A stretch of DNA of 63,018 nucleotides, filler included, from Stramenopiles sp. TOSAG23-3 (taxonomy: Eukaryota): assembly GCA_900128585.1 (NCBI GenBank). It is 13 parts of 13 records of this genome, joined end to end, with 100 filler letters (N's around TTAATTAATTAA, not from the genome) between each part and the next. Parts side by side here need not be neighbours in the genome. Positions count along the whole stretch, not along the records: positions 29,184 to 33,934 come from LT643715.1; positions 34,035 to 38,784 come from LT643716.1; positions 38,885 to 43,634 come from LT643717.1; 10 more parts are not named here. One strand, written 5' to 3'. Within the stretch, counting starts at the first letter, position 1. Each line of letters opens with the position of its first letter. Positions 32,634 to 43,734 of the stretch are shown one piece after another. The position numbers and the translations under genes are program-made. Below the pieces are notes generated by a model. That model did no database searches. It saw only the letters and a program-made list of their open reading frames with translations, and was not told the origin of the DNA.

Positions 32634-33440
32634 TTATTTACACTTCTTCTTCTTTCTGTCGGCAGGGCAGAACCTCCCGTTGCGCGACATCTCTTTCTCA
32701 CGAAACAGCAGCACGCATCGCGAGCCGTTCGGTACCTTGGCTTTGTTCCACCAAGACGGGGCGCTTCCTTCAATCATACGGTTCACACAGTGAGGCACAC
32801 TTCCTCCGTCGAAGAAGATGGCGTCACCCGAACGCATTCGTATGGTCCGCTCGCCATGATGACACCGCTCGCCGTACCGCGACCTCCCGGTTTTCTTGCC
32901 GATGACGAACTCGCATTCGTCTCCCAACGCCACGCTCATCGTGAATAGCACGGAGTCGCTGTCAATGTGGTTATTAAACCTAGCGTCCGGTCGGTAGTAA
33001 AGCATCCACGTGTCGTCCAGCTGCACAGGAACCTTGTCAGAACTAATGTCAGCAAGGTGTTTGTACGACGGCTCACCCTCCAGGTCCAAGCTGGTATCTG
33101 ATTGCGCCATCAGACCCTTTGCGGCCAGCTGAAACAGCAGATGGCCGTACTGGTCGATGTCGGGATACTTGCGTGGTGCGGCCGAGCGCTTCTTATGTAT
33201 GTTGAAGGTACTGAAGCCGGCACCTTTCCCTTTCGGGTCTTCCACCAAAGGCTTGGTGAGATTCCACAGGTTTTTTTGGCCGGCTTCGCTAAGGGCACCG
33301 GTTAAATGGATGACCCCATATTCGGGGAGGAGGTTAACTTTGCAAGAACCCACGACTTCGTCTCCGAGGGGAGCCGCCAAATTCCTGATGGAGGCGGCGC
33401 GCGCCTTCTCCGCGCCCGGTGATAAACTACCTTGTTTCAT
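32634..33440 (-). CDS. AlkB-like 2OG-Fe(II) oxygenase
   Basis: YY....FNNHIDSD, SVALGDECEF, MRSGDAIFFDG, PHCV and RCVLLFR (HxD...H...R pattern). Confidence 0.8.
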   Translation of the reverse strand: MKQGSLSPGAEKARAASIRNLAAPLGDEVVGSCKVNLLPEYGVIHLTGALSEAGQKNLWNLTKPLVEDPKGKGAGFSTFNIHKKRSAAPRKYPDIDQYGHLLFQLAAKGLMAQSDTSLDLEGEPSYKHLADISSDKVPVQLDDTWMLYYRPDARFNNHIDSDSVLFTMSVALGDECEFVIGKKTGRSRYGERCHHGERTIRMRSGDAIFFDGGSVPHCVNRMIEGSAPSWWNKAKVPNGSRCVLLFREKEMSRNGRFCPADRKKKKCK

Positions 33441-35137
33441 CGTTTAAAAAAAAATATACTACTCGATCCTCTCGATTGTTATTATATTTTTTTCAAACCG
33501 AGTTGAAAAGATTCCCTTACTTCTTTCTTAAAAATCCGCGCGTTTGAGTTTTCAACACTGCAGTGCCCACTAACCAACATAGCATAAAATGTGTTGGCAA
33601 ATCCTCTAATCTTTTTTATATATTAGTTAGTATACATTTTTAGATTTAATTTTTAATTCATTCGAAATATAATTTTTTTGAGCCCTCTCCTCCCCCCGTG
33701 GTTCCCGTGGGTGGGGTTTGGCACTGAGCCCTCCTGTGACAATTTAAGGGAAAATTGCGCCCTCCTTTGGGAAAAACCCTTTTATTATATATTATTTTAT
33801 TATCTAATATATCATCATCGAGGGTAGTATTATAAGTATTAAAATATAAAAAAACATAGATATAGCAAGGGTATCCTTTATAACAACAATGTAAGGGTCA
33901 TATTTTGATAAGAAGAGATGTATTCATATTAAACNNNNNNNNNNNNNNNNNNNNNNNNNNNNNNNNNNNNNNNNNNNNTTAATTAATTAANNNNNNNNNN
34001 NNNNNNNNNNNNNNNNNNNNNNNNNNNNNNNNNNCGTCCTCGTCCTCCTCCTCCTCCGTCATCATCCTTCTTCTTCTTTCTTCTCTCTTCTTCCAATTTT
34101 TAAAAATATTGATGATCGGGGATCGTAATCCTCCAGGGATAGAGTTAGGGTTAAATATTTATTTCTACATATGTTAGGCTTAGGCTTAGGGTTCTTCTAT
34201 CTAACCCTAACCATAACATTATCTTCTCTTCTGCTTCCCTAGACCTTCCATTTGGCTTCGATTTTCTTTTGAAAGGTTCGAATTCATCCTTCATATAACA
34301 CCACACACCATAATACTACCCATCCAAACCACACAATCAGAACACCTTTGAAACATCGTTTTATTGTTCCCTACTATTTCCCTACTATATTAATTTAACA
34401 TATTTCTTTTCTTTTTTTTCTAATTTCGCAAATCAAAAACCAACTGTCATTTAATAACCACAGAGCATGGTAATAGAATGAAAAGAATGAATGGTACCTG
34501 GGGGGGGGTACCTCATAATATTAATACTACTCCGTTTACTTCTTTCTTCTATGAAACTTCCATTTTGTTTCCTTTTTTTCTTTTTTAAAATACATTGTAT
34601 AGCATGGGTCCTCTGCCCTCCACCCCTCAATCAATCAAAAAAATAGAAAAAGAAGGAATTGAACGAAGGAATGAAATGAAAAATATTCTGAAAATATAAT
34701 TAATTAAGGTAATACGATATAACATATTTCCGATATATATATCATTTATTACAATATTATACATTATTAAAATGAAACCTGATATTGATTTTAATAGGCA
34801 TAATAATTTATTAGATATACAATTATATATATAATCAAAACATACTTTAAATTCCTTAGTTTGATTCTTGACCACATTTCACGCACATTCCAATTTAATC
34901 TCATCGATGTGGTGGTCAGTCAGTGGTGGTGAAGGGTGTAGTTTAAACATATTGAACAGAAAGGAACCCACATATAGTATAGTGTCATACGTATACACAC
35001 TTACACCACAATCTTCCCAACGTTGGAAAAGTAAGACGAAAGGTTCCGAACATTCCCATTCAATATATAAAGCAAACATTTTAATACAACAATTTTGTAA
35101 AAAAAAAGAAAGCAACAAAGCAGAAACAACATACATA

Positions 35138-37156
35138 ATGACTGAAAAAGCAGCTGTAGGTATCGATCTTGGTACCACTTACTCGTGCGTTGGTGCGTGG
35201 AAGAACAATGCCGTCGAAATCATTGCCAACGACCAGGGTACCCGCACCACACCATCGTACGTTGCGTTCACCGACTCCGAGCGTCTTATCGGTAACGCCG
35301 CCAAGAACCAGGTTTCCATGAACCCACACAACACCATCTTCGACGCCAAGCGTTTGATCGGCCGAAATTTTTCGGACCCTGATGTACAGGCGGACATGAA
35401 GCACTGGCCCTTCAAGGTCAAGAGTGGCACGAACGGAAAGCCAATGATCTCCGTCAACTACAAGGGCGAATCCAAGGACTTCGGCGCCGAAGAGATCAGT
35501 GCCATGGTTCTCACCAAGATGAAGAACGTCGCAGAGTCCTTCCTCGGCCAAGACGTAGACAGCGCCGTTATCACCGTCCCGGCCTACTTTAACGACGGTC
35601 AGCGCCAGGCCACCAAGGACGCCGGGGCCATTGCCGGCCTGAACGTCCTTCGTATTATCAACGAGCCCACCGCCGCGGCCATTGCCTACGGTTTGGACAA
35701 GAAGGGCGGGGAGAAGAACGTATTGATCTTCGACCTTGGTGGAGGTACGTTCGATGTGTCCCTCCTTACCATCGAAGACGGTATCTTCGAAGTTAAGGCC
35801 ACCGCGGGAGATACCCACTTAGGAGGGGAAGACTTCGACAACCGAATGGTAGACTACTTCAAGCAAGAGTTCAGGCGCCGGAACAAGGTCGACTTGGCCA
35901 CCAACGAGCGTGCCCTCCGCCGCCTTCGCACTTCATGCGAACGTGCCAAGCGCACCTTGTCGTCCAGCACGCAAGCCTACATCGAAATCGACTCCTTGCA
36001 CAACGGGATCGACTTCCAGAGCACCATCACCCGTGCCCGTTTCGAAGAGATGAACATGGACTACTTCCGCAAGACCATGGAGCCCGTCGAGAAAGTCATG
36101 CGAGACGCCAAGATCGCCAAGGACAAGGTCGACGAAATAGTACTTGTTGGTGGGTCCACCCGTATCCCAAAGATCCAGTCCATGCTGAAGACCTTCTTCA
36201 ACGGAAAGGACCCGAACAAGAGCATCAACCCGGACGAAGCCGTTGCCTACGGTGCCACCGTCCAGGCCGCCATCCTGAGTGGCGTCCAGAGCGCCAACTT
36301 GGACGATTTGCTGCTTCTTGACGTAACCCCGCTGTCCCTCGGTATCGAGACCGCCGGTGGCGTCATGACCACGTTGATCAACCGCAACACCACCGTCCCA
36401 ACCAAGAAGAGCCAAACGTTCAGTACGTACGCCGACAACCAGCCAGGCGTATTGATCCAAGTCTTCGAGGGCGAGCGCGCCATGACCAAGGATAACAACT
36501 TGCTCGGAAAATTCCACTTGGATGGTATCCCACCAATGCCTCGTGGGGTCCCGCAGATCGAAGTCACGTACGACATCGATGCCAACGGTATCCTGAACGT
36601 TACCGCCGTCGAAAAGAGTACCGGCCGCGAAAACAAGATCACCATCACCAACGACAAAGGGCGTCTGTCCAAGGACGAAGTCGAGCGCATGGTTGCCGAG
36701 GCCGAAAAGTACAAGGCCGAGGACGAGGCCAACGCCAGCCGCATTCAAGCCAAGAACGGCCTGGAGAACTACTGCTACAGCATGAAGAACACCTTGAACG
36801 ACGAGAAGTTGCAAGGCAAGTTCGACGAGTCTGACAAGACCACCATCCTCGAGAAGGTAGAAGAAACCATCAAGTGGCTAGACGCGAACCAAGAGAAAGA
36901 AAAGGAAGAGTACGAAGCCAAGCAAAAGGAATTGGAAGGCATCTGCAACCCAATCATGCAAAAGATGTACTCCGCCGCGGGTGGCGCGCCCGGTGCCGGC
37001 GGCATGCCAGGTGGTATGCCAGGTGGTATGCCAGGTGGTATGCCAGGCGGTATGCCAGGTGGTATGCCAGGCGGTTTCCCAGGCGCTGGCGCTCCCGGTG
37101 CCGGAGGTGCCCCTGATGATGTGGATGAGGGCCCAAAGATCGAAGAAGTCGACTAA
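35138..37156 (+). CDS. HSP70: Cytosolic heat shock protein 70
   Basis: [34 protein letters not shown] repeats and terminal [11 protein letters not shown] at 35138; strongly biased codon usage. Confidence 0.99.
   Translation: MTEKAAVGIDLGTTYSCVGAWKNNAVEIIANDQGTRTTPSYVAFTDSERLIGNAAKNQVSMNPHNTIFDAKRLIGRNFSDPDVQADMKHWPFKVKSGTNGKPMISVNYKGESKDFGAEEISAMVLTKMKNVAESFLGQDVDSAVITVPAYFNDGQRQATKDAGAIAGLNVLRIINEPTAAAIAYGLDKKGGEKNVLIFDLGGGTFDVSLLTIEDGIFEVKATAGDTHLGGEDFDNRMVDYFKQEFRRRNKVDLATNERALRRLRTSCERAKRTLSSSTQAYIEIDSLHNGIDFQSTITRARFEEMNMDYFRKTMEPVEKVMRDAKIAKDKVDEIVLVGGSTRIPKIQSMLKTFFNGKDPNKSINPDEAVAYGATVQAAILSGVQSANLDDLLLLDVTPLSLGIETAGGVMTTLINRNTTVPTKKSQTFSTYADNQPGVLIQVFEGERAMTKDNNLLGKFHLDGIPPMPRGVPQIEVTYDIDANGILNVTAVEKSTGRENKITITNDKGRLSKDEVERMVAEAEKYKAEDEANASRIQAKNGLENYCYSMKNTLNDEKLQGKFDESDKTTILEKVEETIKWLDANQEKEKEEYEAKQKELEGICNPIMQKMYSAAGGAPGAGGMPGGMPGGMPGGMPGGMPGGMPGGFPGAGAPGAGGAPDDVDEGPKIEEVD
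36998..37081 (+). repeat. 12-bp coding tandem repeat (GGMP x6, then GGFP) in the HSP70 tail
   Basis: (GGYGGYATGCCA)n. Confidence 0.95.
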
Positions 37157-37647
37157 ATGTGTCCGTTCGCGGTGGGTAGGTGGGTGGCCATCGGCGACTG
37201 GGCCATGTGTACAACATCTTTTATAATGTAACTCTTGATATGTAATTTTATTAGGATTTTCAAAACAATCAAAATATCTTTTAATGGTATACCTGCCTCG
37301 AGTTAATACATGTTTATGATCTAGCCACGAGCACGCGCGTTGTAAAATACTCTATAAATTTGTTTTTAAAATACTCTCTAACGGATCTCTTACTTAACAT
37401 ATCATATGTTATCTACAAGGGCCATAACTTCTCTGATGGGACACCAATTGTCAACGATGACTAAAATCGAGATGAAAATGAATCTACGGTAATTTTCTGT
37501 TCCGGAGGTTCGGCTTTTCCACCCCCTCCCCATTTTTTTTATATCATAAAACCAAAATTTTATTAAAAGTATTTTTGTTTTATATCGCGGATTCCATTGC
37601 CGACCGCACACTTCTAGACTACCCCCCGCTCCCCTCCCTACCCACAC

Positions 37648-38784
37648 CTACTTGTGGAAGCTCATGGCCTGGCCACCGCCGCCTGCCATGGCCATAAAGT
37701 GCTGGTTTCCTGCAAACTCGCTATACAAAGTAAACATAACGTGCAGCGATTCGATGGCGCTTTGGTGCACGGGTATGTCCAAAATTGCGCACAGCACGCG
37801 CGCGTAGTCCCTAATACTCAAATCAATCTGTGGCGGCGGAAGCTTCAGCCCCTTTCGAAGAGCCCCCTCGAACTCGTCCGGCCAGACCTGCATCAGGCGC
37901 TCGATGTCCGGCATGCTCTTGGTGTAGTGCACCTGGGGCGGCGGCTTGCTCCGGTGCAAGTCGGAAATGCTCTTTATCCATTTGTCAATCTCCCTCGGGT
38001 TCTTGTCGGCGTTCTCCAGGCTGCGGACGACCATAGGCTCCAGGTTCGACTTCTTGGAGATGGCGCGCAGCTGCAGGTCAAGGACCGTCGGGTCCGACTG
38101 GTTGGACGCCGGCTCGTCGAGCACTTTCAGGCCTAGCTCTTCGTCCTCCTTTCCAGGGGGCGGGCACTTCAAAAATGCGTCGATCTCCCCGACCGCGGGG
38201 ATGTAGTCTGGGATGAAGCACTTTAGCTTCGACTCCAGCTCAATGTTGTGCGGCTTGTACCGGCCAATGTAGTTCCACAAATCCTTCACCTCCGCGGTGA
38301 CGTTCAAGTGCGCGTAGTCGTCCGCGTTGTACTGGCCATCGATCCGTTTCGTCTTGCTAGGGCTATTGTCGTCTTCATCGTCCAGGCTCCCGTCGTCGTC
38401 CTCTTCGGACGATGCCGAGGTCGCGTCGCTGGAGTCGCCGCCACCGAGGGTGCCTCCCCCGCGCGGCGGGCTCCGCCCGCTCCCGCGCGAGCCCCCGGAG
38501 GCCGCCTGCGGGCGCTCCTGCGCCGGCATTTGGGTCAGCTTTCCCGTCGGCTTCGGAGGGGACTTTTTCTTCTGGATCATGTCGTCGGAGGACGACTCGC
38601 TGTCGCTTTCGTCGTCGCTGTAACCGATCGTTTTTTTGCTCGTGTCCTTCTCCTTCGGGGGGGAGTCCCCGCGAGAGGCCGAGGCCCCCCCCACCCCGCC
38701 GTCCGCAGCAGAGTCAATACTAGTCCCAAGGGAGTCGTCGTCGCTCAAGTCTACGGCCTCGTCGAAGGGCAAGTTCTGCACTTT
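37648..38784 (-). CDS. IFT46: Intraflagellar transport protein 46 (5'-truncated)
   Basis: YNADDYAHLNV..YIGRYKPHNIEL..KCFIPDYIPAVGEIDAFLK, LGLKVLDEP..QSDPTVLDLQLR, MPDIERLMQVWP and IESLHVMFTLYSEF. Confidence 0.96.
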   Translation of the reverse strand, partial: KVQNLPFDEAVDLSDDDSLGTSIDSAADGGVGGASASRGDSPPKEKDTSKKTIGYSDDESDSESSSDDMIQKKKSPPKPTGKLTQMPAQERPQAASGGSRGSGRSPPRGGGTLGGGDSSDATSASSEEDDDGSLDDEDDNSPSKTKRIDGQYNADDYAHLNVTAEVKDLWNYIGRYKPHNIELESKLKCFIPDYIPAVGEIDAFLKCPPPGKEDEELGLKVLDEPASNQSDPTVLDLQLRAISKKSNLEPMVVRSLENADKNPREIDKWIKSISDLHRSKPPPQVHYTKSMPDIERLMQVWPDEFEGALRKGLKLPPPQIDLSIRDYARVLCAILDIPVHQSAIESLHVMFTLYSEFAGNQHFMAMAGGGGQAMSFHK

Positions 38785-38884
38785 NNNNNNNNNNNNNNNN
38801 NNNNNNNNNNNNNNNNNNNNNNNNNNNNTTAATTAATTAANNNNNNNNNNNNNNNNNNNNNNNNNNNNNNNNNNNNNNNNNNNN

Positions 38885-39104
38885 AAATTGGCTGTTATTT
38901 AAGTAATTAAATTTAGCGTCCTCATACCCTAATCCTAACTTGGTTCTGTAGTTTTGTTTCATTGTGTTGCTTAAATAACAGCCAATTTTCTTGTTTTTAA
39001 TTTTTATAATTTAGAACGCAAACCTCTAATGGACAAAAGGAGCAGATTCATTTGCGCCCTACATGAGAAAGCTAAATTTTAATTACTTAAATAACAGCCA
39101 ATTT
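38885..39104. mobile_element. MITE-like AT-rich element with inverted AAATTGGCTGTTATTTAAGTAATTAAA termini
   Basis: 38885-38917 is inverted at 39071-39104 (one extra T); a third partial inverted copy lies at 38970-39000; the same 27-mer starts contig 13. Confidence 0.65.
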
Positions 39105-39156
39105 TTTGGTTTAAAAATTTGGATAAACTGAATTAGGTTCCTTCTTTTAAATTTTC

Positions 39157-42100
39157 TCAAGATGCTAAATGAAATTTTTTTGTGACGCCATTCAACCGAT
39201 CGCATGCTGCTTTCATCATTTCGATTAAAATTGTCAGCTTCGTGGCCATGGGTCGTGTTGCAGGTGCCCCCCATTCATTCGATGGCCGGTGGATCAACTT
39301 GTTTTGTTTTCCACCCACAGAAGCTTTGAGATAAGCAAGATAAGTTGGCAACTTGATCACTCTCATGGTTGCCATTTTTTGCAAGTCTTCTTGCGACGGC
39401 ATATTTTTGAGTTGTGACAACCGCAGTAAGCATTCCAGAAAATCTAAAAATGACATCAGCATAATTTTGCTTCGACTTGCAACTTCGTCAATGACACGCA
39501 CCTTTGACCATACAAATGCCAGTTTGGCTTCACGCTGTGTGAAATCAGAATTTAAAAAATCCATATCTCGAAGCATGTAAATAAACTCTTTCACTATCAT
39601 GCCTCTGTCTCCGTCGCGAGTGTAACCTTTGAATATCTTTTTTAGAACTCCAAGATTTTCCCTTAGTACATCGTCTGTACTCTCTTGATATACATGTGAC
39701 TTTCTAAACTTGGAGGCATCGTCAATCAATGCATTACACGACCCTTCCCCCTTATTTGGGGCAAAGTGTTCTGCCATTAGTTTCCTCACGGAAGTTACGG
39801 CATCATTACTTTGACCACTTTCAATGTATTTCGCTATTGCAATACGAACAAATATTTCCAAAAATTCAAATCGCATCAACGACGAATCATCATTAACATC
39901 TGCCGTTTGGTCATCTTGATCATCTTCTCTGTTCGTTGCGATAAAAATGCGATCCAAGGCAGCCCTATTGCAGCTAACACTCGCTTTATCTGGGATGTTA
40001 CAATCGTCCAAAAGGTCCGTGAACTGATTTAATTGAATCTGCGTAATGTCTGTCCCAGATCCCATTACTGCATAAAAGTCAAATGTATTGTAAATATGGG
40101 CTCTGTGAGGCATCAGCTCATCAAGTATCTTGTTCAGCAACAACTTTGTTTTTGCCTCGCTCCCGTATGCATCACCCTCCATGTGCCGCCGTGCAATATA
40201 ATCACGAACAACGGCCTGTTCTGTTAAGCGTTCCCAATCGCACATCAGCATATCTCGAAGAACTTCATCGTCGTAGTATGAGCCACTATCGGCCTCTTCA
40301 ATACGGTTTGCAAATACTGAAGACTCTGGTTGGAATACAAACACCATCTCTTTTACCACTTCTCCGTCTTTAATTTCTGGTAACGCAACATTTAACATTG
40401 ACCGGCGTTTGCGCATCTTTCTCAGGGCATGCAAATCATCCAAGTCGTGGTCTTCATAATGATGCCGAGTTCCGCATAGTACATGCCGTAAGACATGGCG
40501 GTTTGTTTCTTCCCCCAAAATTCTCCCATACCTGGGTCGCGTTTTGTGACCATATTTTTTCTGGTGGGTAATCTTCGCAATATCATTTCGCAATTTATGT
40601 TCCATTTGTTTATAATAGTAGTTGTCTCCATCTTCTTCTAAATTTTTCTTGCAGCGTGCAAGTTTCTTCTTCAGCCGATCAACCCGCACCCTGTCTTCCG
40701 CATCCAAAAATCCAATATCCATATTTTCGATCTTGTCCTTGTAGTGTACTCTTGTGCTGGAGTCCCATTCATCACGGCCATCTCCACTTTCGCCGTGTGT
40801 TATGTTGACATAAACTTCCCCCGTTTTCGGCACTCTCCTTGCCCAACTTATAGGCAATTCAAATGGAAAGCCATTGAAGGTAGCATTTGTCCATTGAAAA
40901 TCGTCCTCATGCTGAACCAACCTTGTCAATATTCTCGCTAATTTTCTATGCTCGGCTTTTTCTAAATTTAAATTGTACTCTCCTTGCGGGTGGTGCGGAT
41001 CAAACACATTCAACCACCCAAGACGGTTGATAACGGCCTTTCTCTCCCCTTTGCCTAAATTATGCATTATGATCCAAGAGAAATGCTCAACGTCAACAAG
41101 TCGAGCAAACATTGCAACAATCATTTCAATTTTTAACGTATGTACTTTTTTGTTTTGGGGCTTTTTTGGCAATACAGCAAGCAGATGTTCCAGCTGTTCG
41201 CATGTAAAAAAAACTTGATATTCGGCGATGTACTCTCTGATTTTCATGACCAGCGAGTCTGAGTGCGTCAAACCAACTCCTCTCCTGATTATACGGCCGT
41301 CTGCGGTGTAAACAAGACCGTTTAAGACCGCTTTAATATTTTTACTATCAGCCTTTTGTTTGGCTTTTGCAGCTAACATTGCCTCTGTTGATGTGTTATT
41401 TTTTGTCTTTCTCTTCCATTTGCTCGCTGCCTTTTTTGCGGCAATCGTAGCCATTAAACTTCCTCCTAACTTGCTCGGCTCTTTCTCACGCTTTCCAAAC
41501 CCCATTGAACCTAGCATTTTCTCAAACATTTCGTCGCCCATTGGTATCGTTTTAGGCAGGGGCCTTATTCTAGACACAAAATCAAACTCGATGATGCCAT
41601 TATGGCCAAACACCTGGTTGTGTTTCCAAGTCAAACTTCTACCGTTGCGTTTTTCATTTCTAAACCCTGTCCCATTACCGTGTTGGCTGGTGTCCGACAA
41701 ACCTATTTGCTTCGACCATTCGTCTTCATCTTTGCTTATGTCCAAGCACCGCATTACCACCAGGCGCTGGTAATGATCGTTGAGGTCAAGTTTATACCTT
41801 CCGGTTGGATTAATCGGGCAAAACCCAAATATCATGCCCATTTTATTGTCCAATTCCACCTGCTCCTCTGGGGACAGAAATTTTTCAACCAGCTCTAAAG
41901 CAGCATCGTGATCCACAAGCTTTGGAAGAATAGTAAGCATTGCTGTAACTCTATCTTTTCCAGGAAAGAGTAGCATGATTCTTTCTGCTGCATCGCGATC
42001 AATAAACATTCCCTCTGTTTCTGCCAAAAGCGCGAGCCGCTTTGCACCTGTCGCGCCTTTGAGTTGGGAGAGGAGCCCGTCGGTGTTAGTTTTGATTTCC

Positions 42101-43634
42101 TCGGCGTCAGGAACACGTTCATGATCCAATTTTTCAATTTTGAATTCAAAAATACCCTTCTTAGGGACTTTCCATGAACCTTTGTGCATTTTTGTAACAT
42201 TTTTTTGAGAGCATGGAAACCCGTCCAAGTACACATCACTCCATAAGAGGTTGCGCTTTTCACCAGACATTCGCACGAGTGCTAGTGCGATTTCTCTCTC
42301 GTAGGGGATGGACAGGTCTAGGCCGTACCTACCCCCGGGATTTTGAGCGTTGAATTCCTGAAACTTTTTTAATGCATGGTCCATACCTTCCATTTGGATA
42401 TTCCGTGCCACATCTCCGTCCATTTCTTCAATCGATTTAATCAATGCTCTTGCCCCCTTTGCACCCCCCAAAATATGATTAAGATTTAGCGTTTCTAGAG
42501 TTTTATTGCGCTTTAACCCATCTGCTAGGTTCGTTGCCCCAACATCAGAAACTGGGTTGTAAGACAAGTTTAACCACTTTAACACTGAATTGAATTTTAA
42601 CGAATGGGCCATGACTTTTGCTGCCCCATCGGCAAAACCAGTCATGTGTAGATCCAAATGTGTTATGGAAGAATTTGTTTTTACCACTTTCGATATGAAT
42701 TGCCCTCCAGCGTCGCCAAATGGGTTCCACTGAAGGTATATTTTTTCCAACGTTTTGTGTTTCCTAAATGCATTTGAAAGGGCCTGGGCTCCGTTTTGTC
42801 TAATATTGTTATGTTCCATGTGCAGGGCTTGTAAATTGGCTTTTGTTTGCCTTATTCCATCCGCAAGTATAGACACTGCGTTGTCCCCAATTGTACAATA
42901 TGCAATGTCAATGTACTCCAAACAGCAAGTTGGGCTAGTTAGCCATGTTTTCAGTGCTTCTGCCGCTTTCGGGCCAAATCGATTTCTAGACAAAATGATT
43001 TTTTCAAGACGTTTGTTCTGGGCCAAAGCGGAGATCGTTTGTGCCAGCGATTCGTCATCCATGCGGTTGTCTGAGAAATCAACTTCAATCACGTTTGATG
43101 GTAGATTTGACAAATAAGTTTGGGCAGCTAACATTCTGCGCCCTCCTAACCCAAAAAATGCTTTCGAAAATTTCCTAGACTGCTCCGTTCTACATAAGGT
43201 TGGTTCCGGCAAGATACGCTCTTTCTTACACATCTGTGTATATGACGTGCGTGGTGTTGGTGGGAACAGCTTGTTTTCATCTTCATCCTCAGCAATTGAA
43301 GTATTGTGAGCACTTTGTGATTTTGATTTGTTAAAGAATGTTCCCCTTCCCCCAGTCCCAAAAACCTCTCTTGTTGTAGCCCGTTCAATATTTTTATCAA
43401 CTTCGCTGACTCTGGCAGCTTTATGTTCTCGGAGACTTCCACGGCTGTGAACTCTAGGGTAGCAAATGTCGCAGAAAAACTGCTCGCACTCTTGGCAAAA
43501 GCACTGGCTGGTACATAATTCACATTCTTCACATAGCGGTATCTCCTCGTCCTTTCGGCGCATTTTCCCCCTGTCTACCTTCATTGCGTCAAGAGGGTGT
43601 AAGCACCGCCAGTACTGGTCCATCGTCTTCGCTT
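39157..43634 (-). CDS. B-box zinc finger + RI-type leucine-rich repeats + three NPxGxYxLDL modules + EF-hand-like C-terminus (5'-truncated)
   Basis: CEECE..FCQECEQFFCDICYPRVH..H; LxxLxLxxNxIGxxGA repeats; LMRFEFLEIFVRIA and MSFLDFLECLLRL. Confidence 0.85.
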
Positions 43635-43734
43635 NNNNNNNNNNNNNNNNNNNNNNNNNNNNNNNNNNNNNNNNNNNNTTAATTAATTAANNNNNNNNNN
43701 NNNNNNNNNNNNNNNNNNNNNNNNNNNNNNNNNN

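Noticed and set aside
34868-35137. 90-aa N-terminal extension of HSP70 in the ORF track
   Set aside because: Starts at a non-ATG codon in AT-rich promoter/UTR DNA; homology begins at ATG 35138
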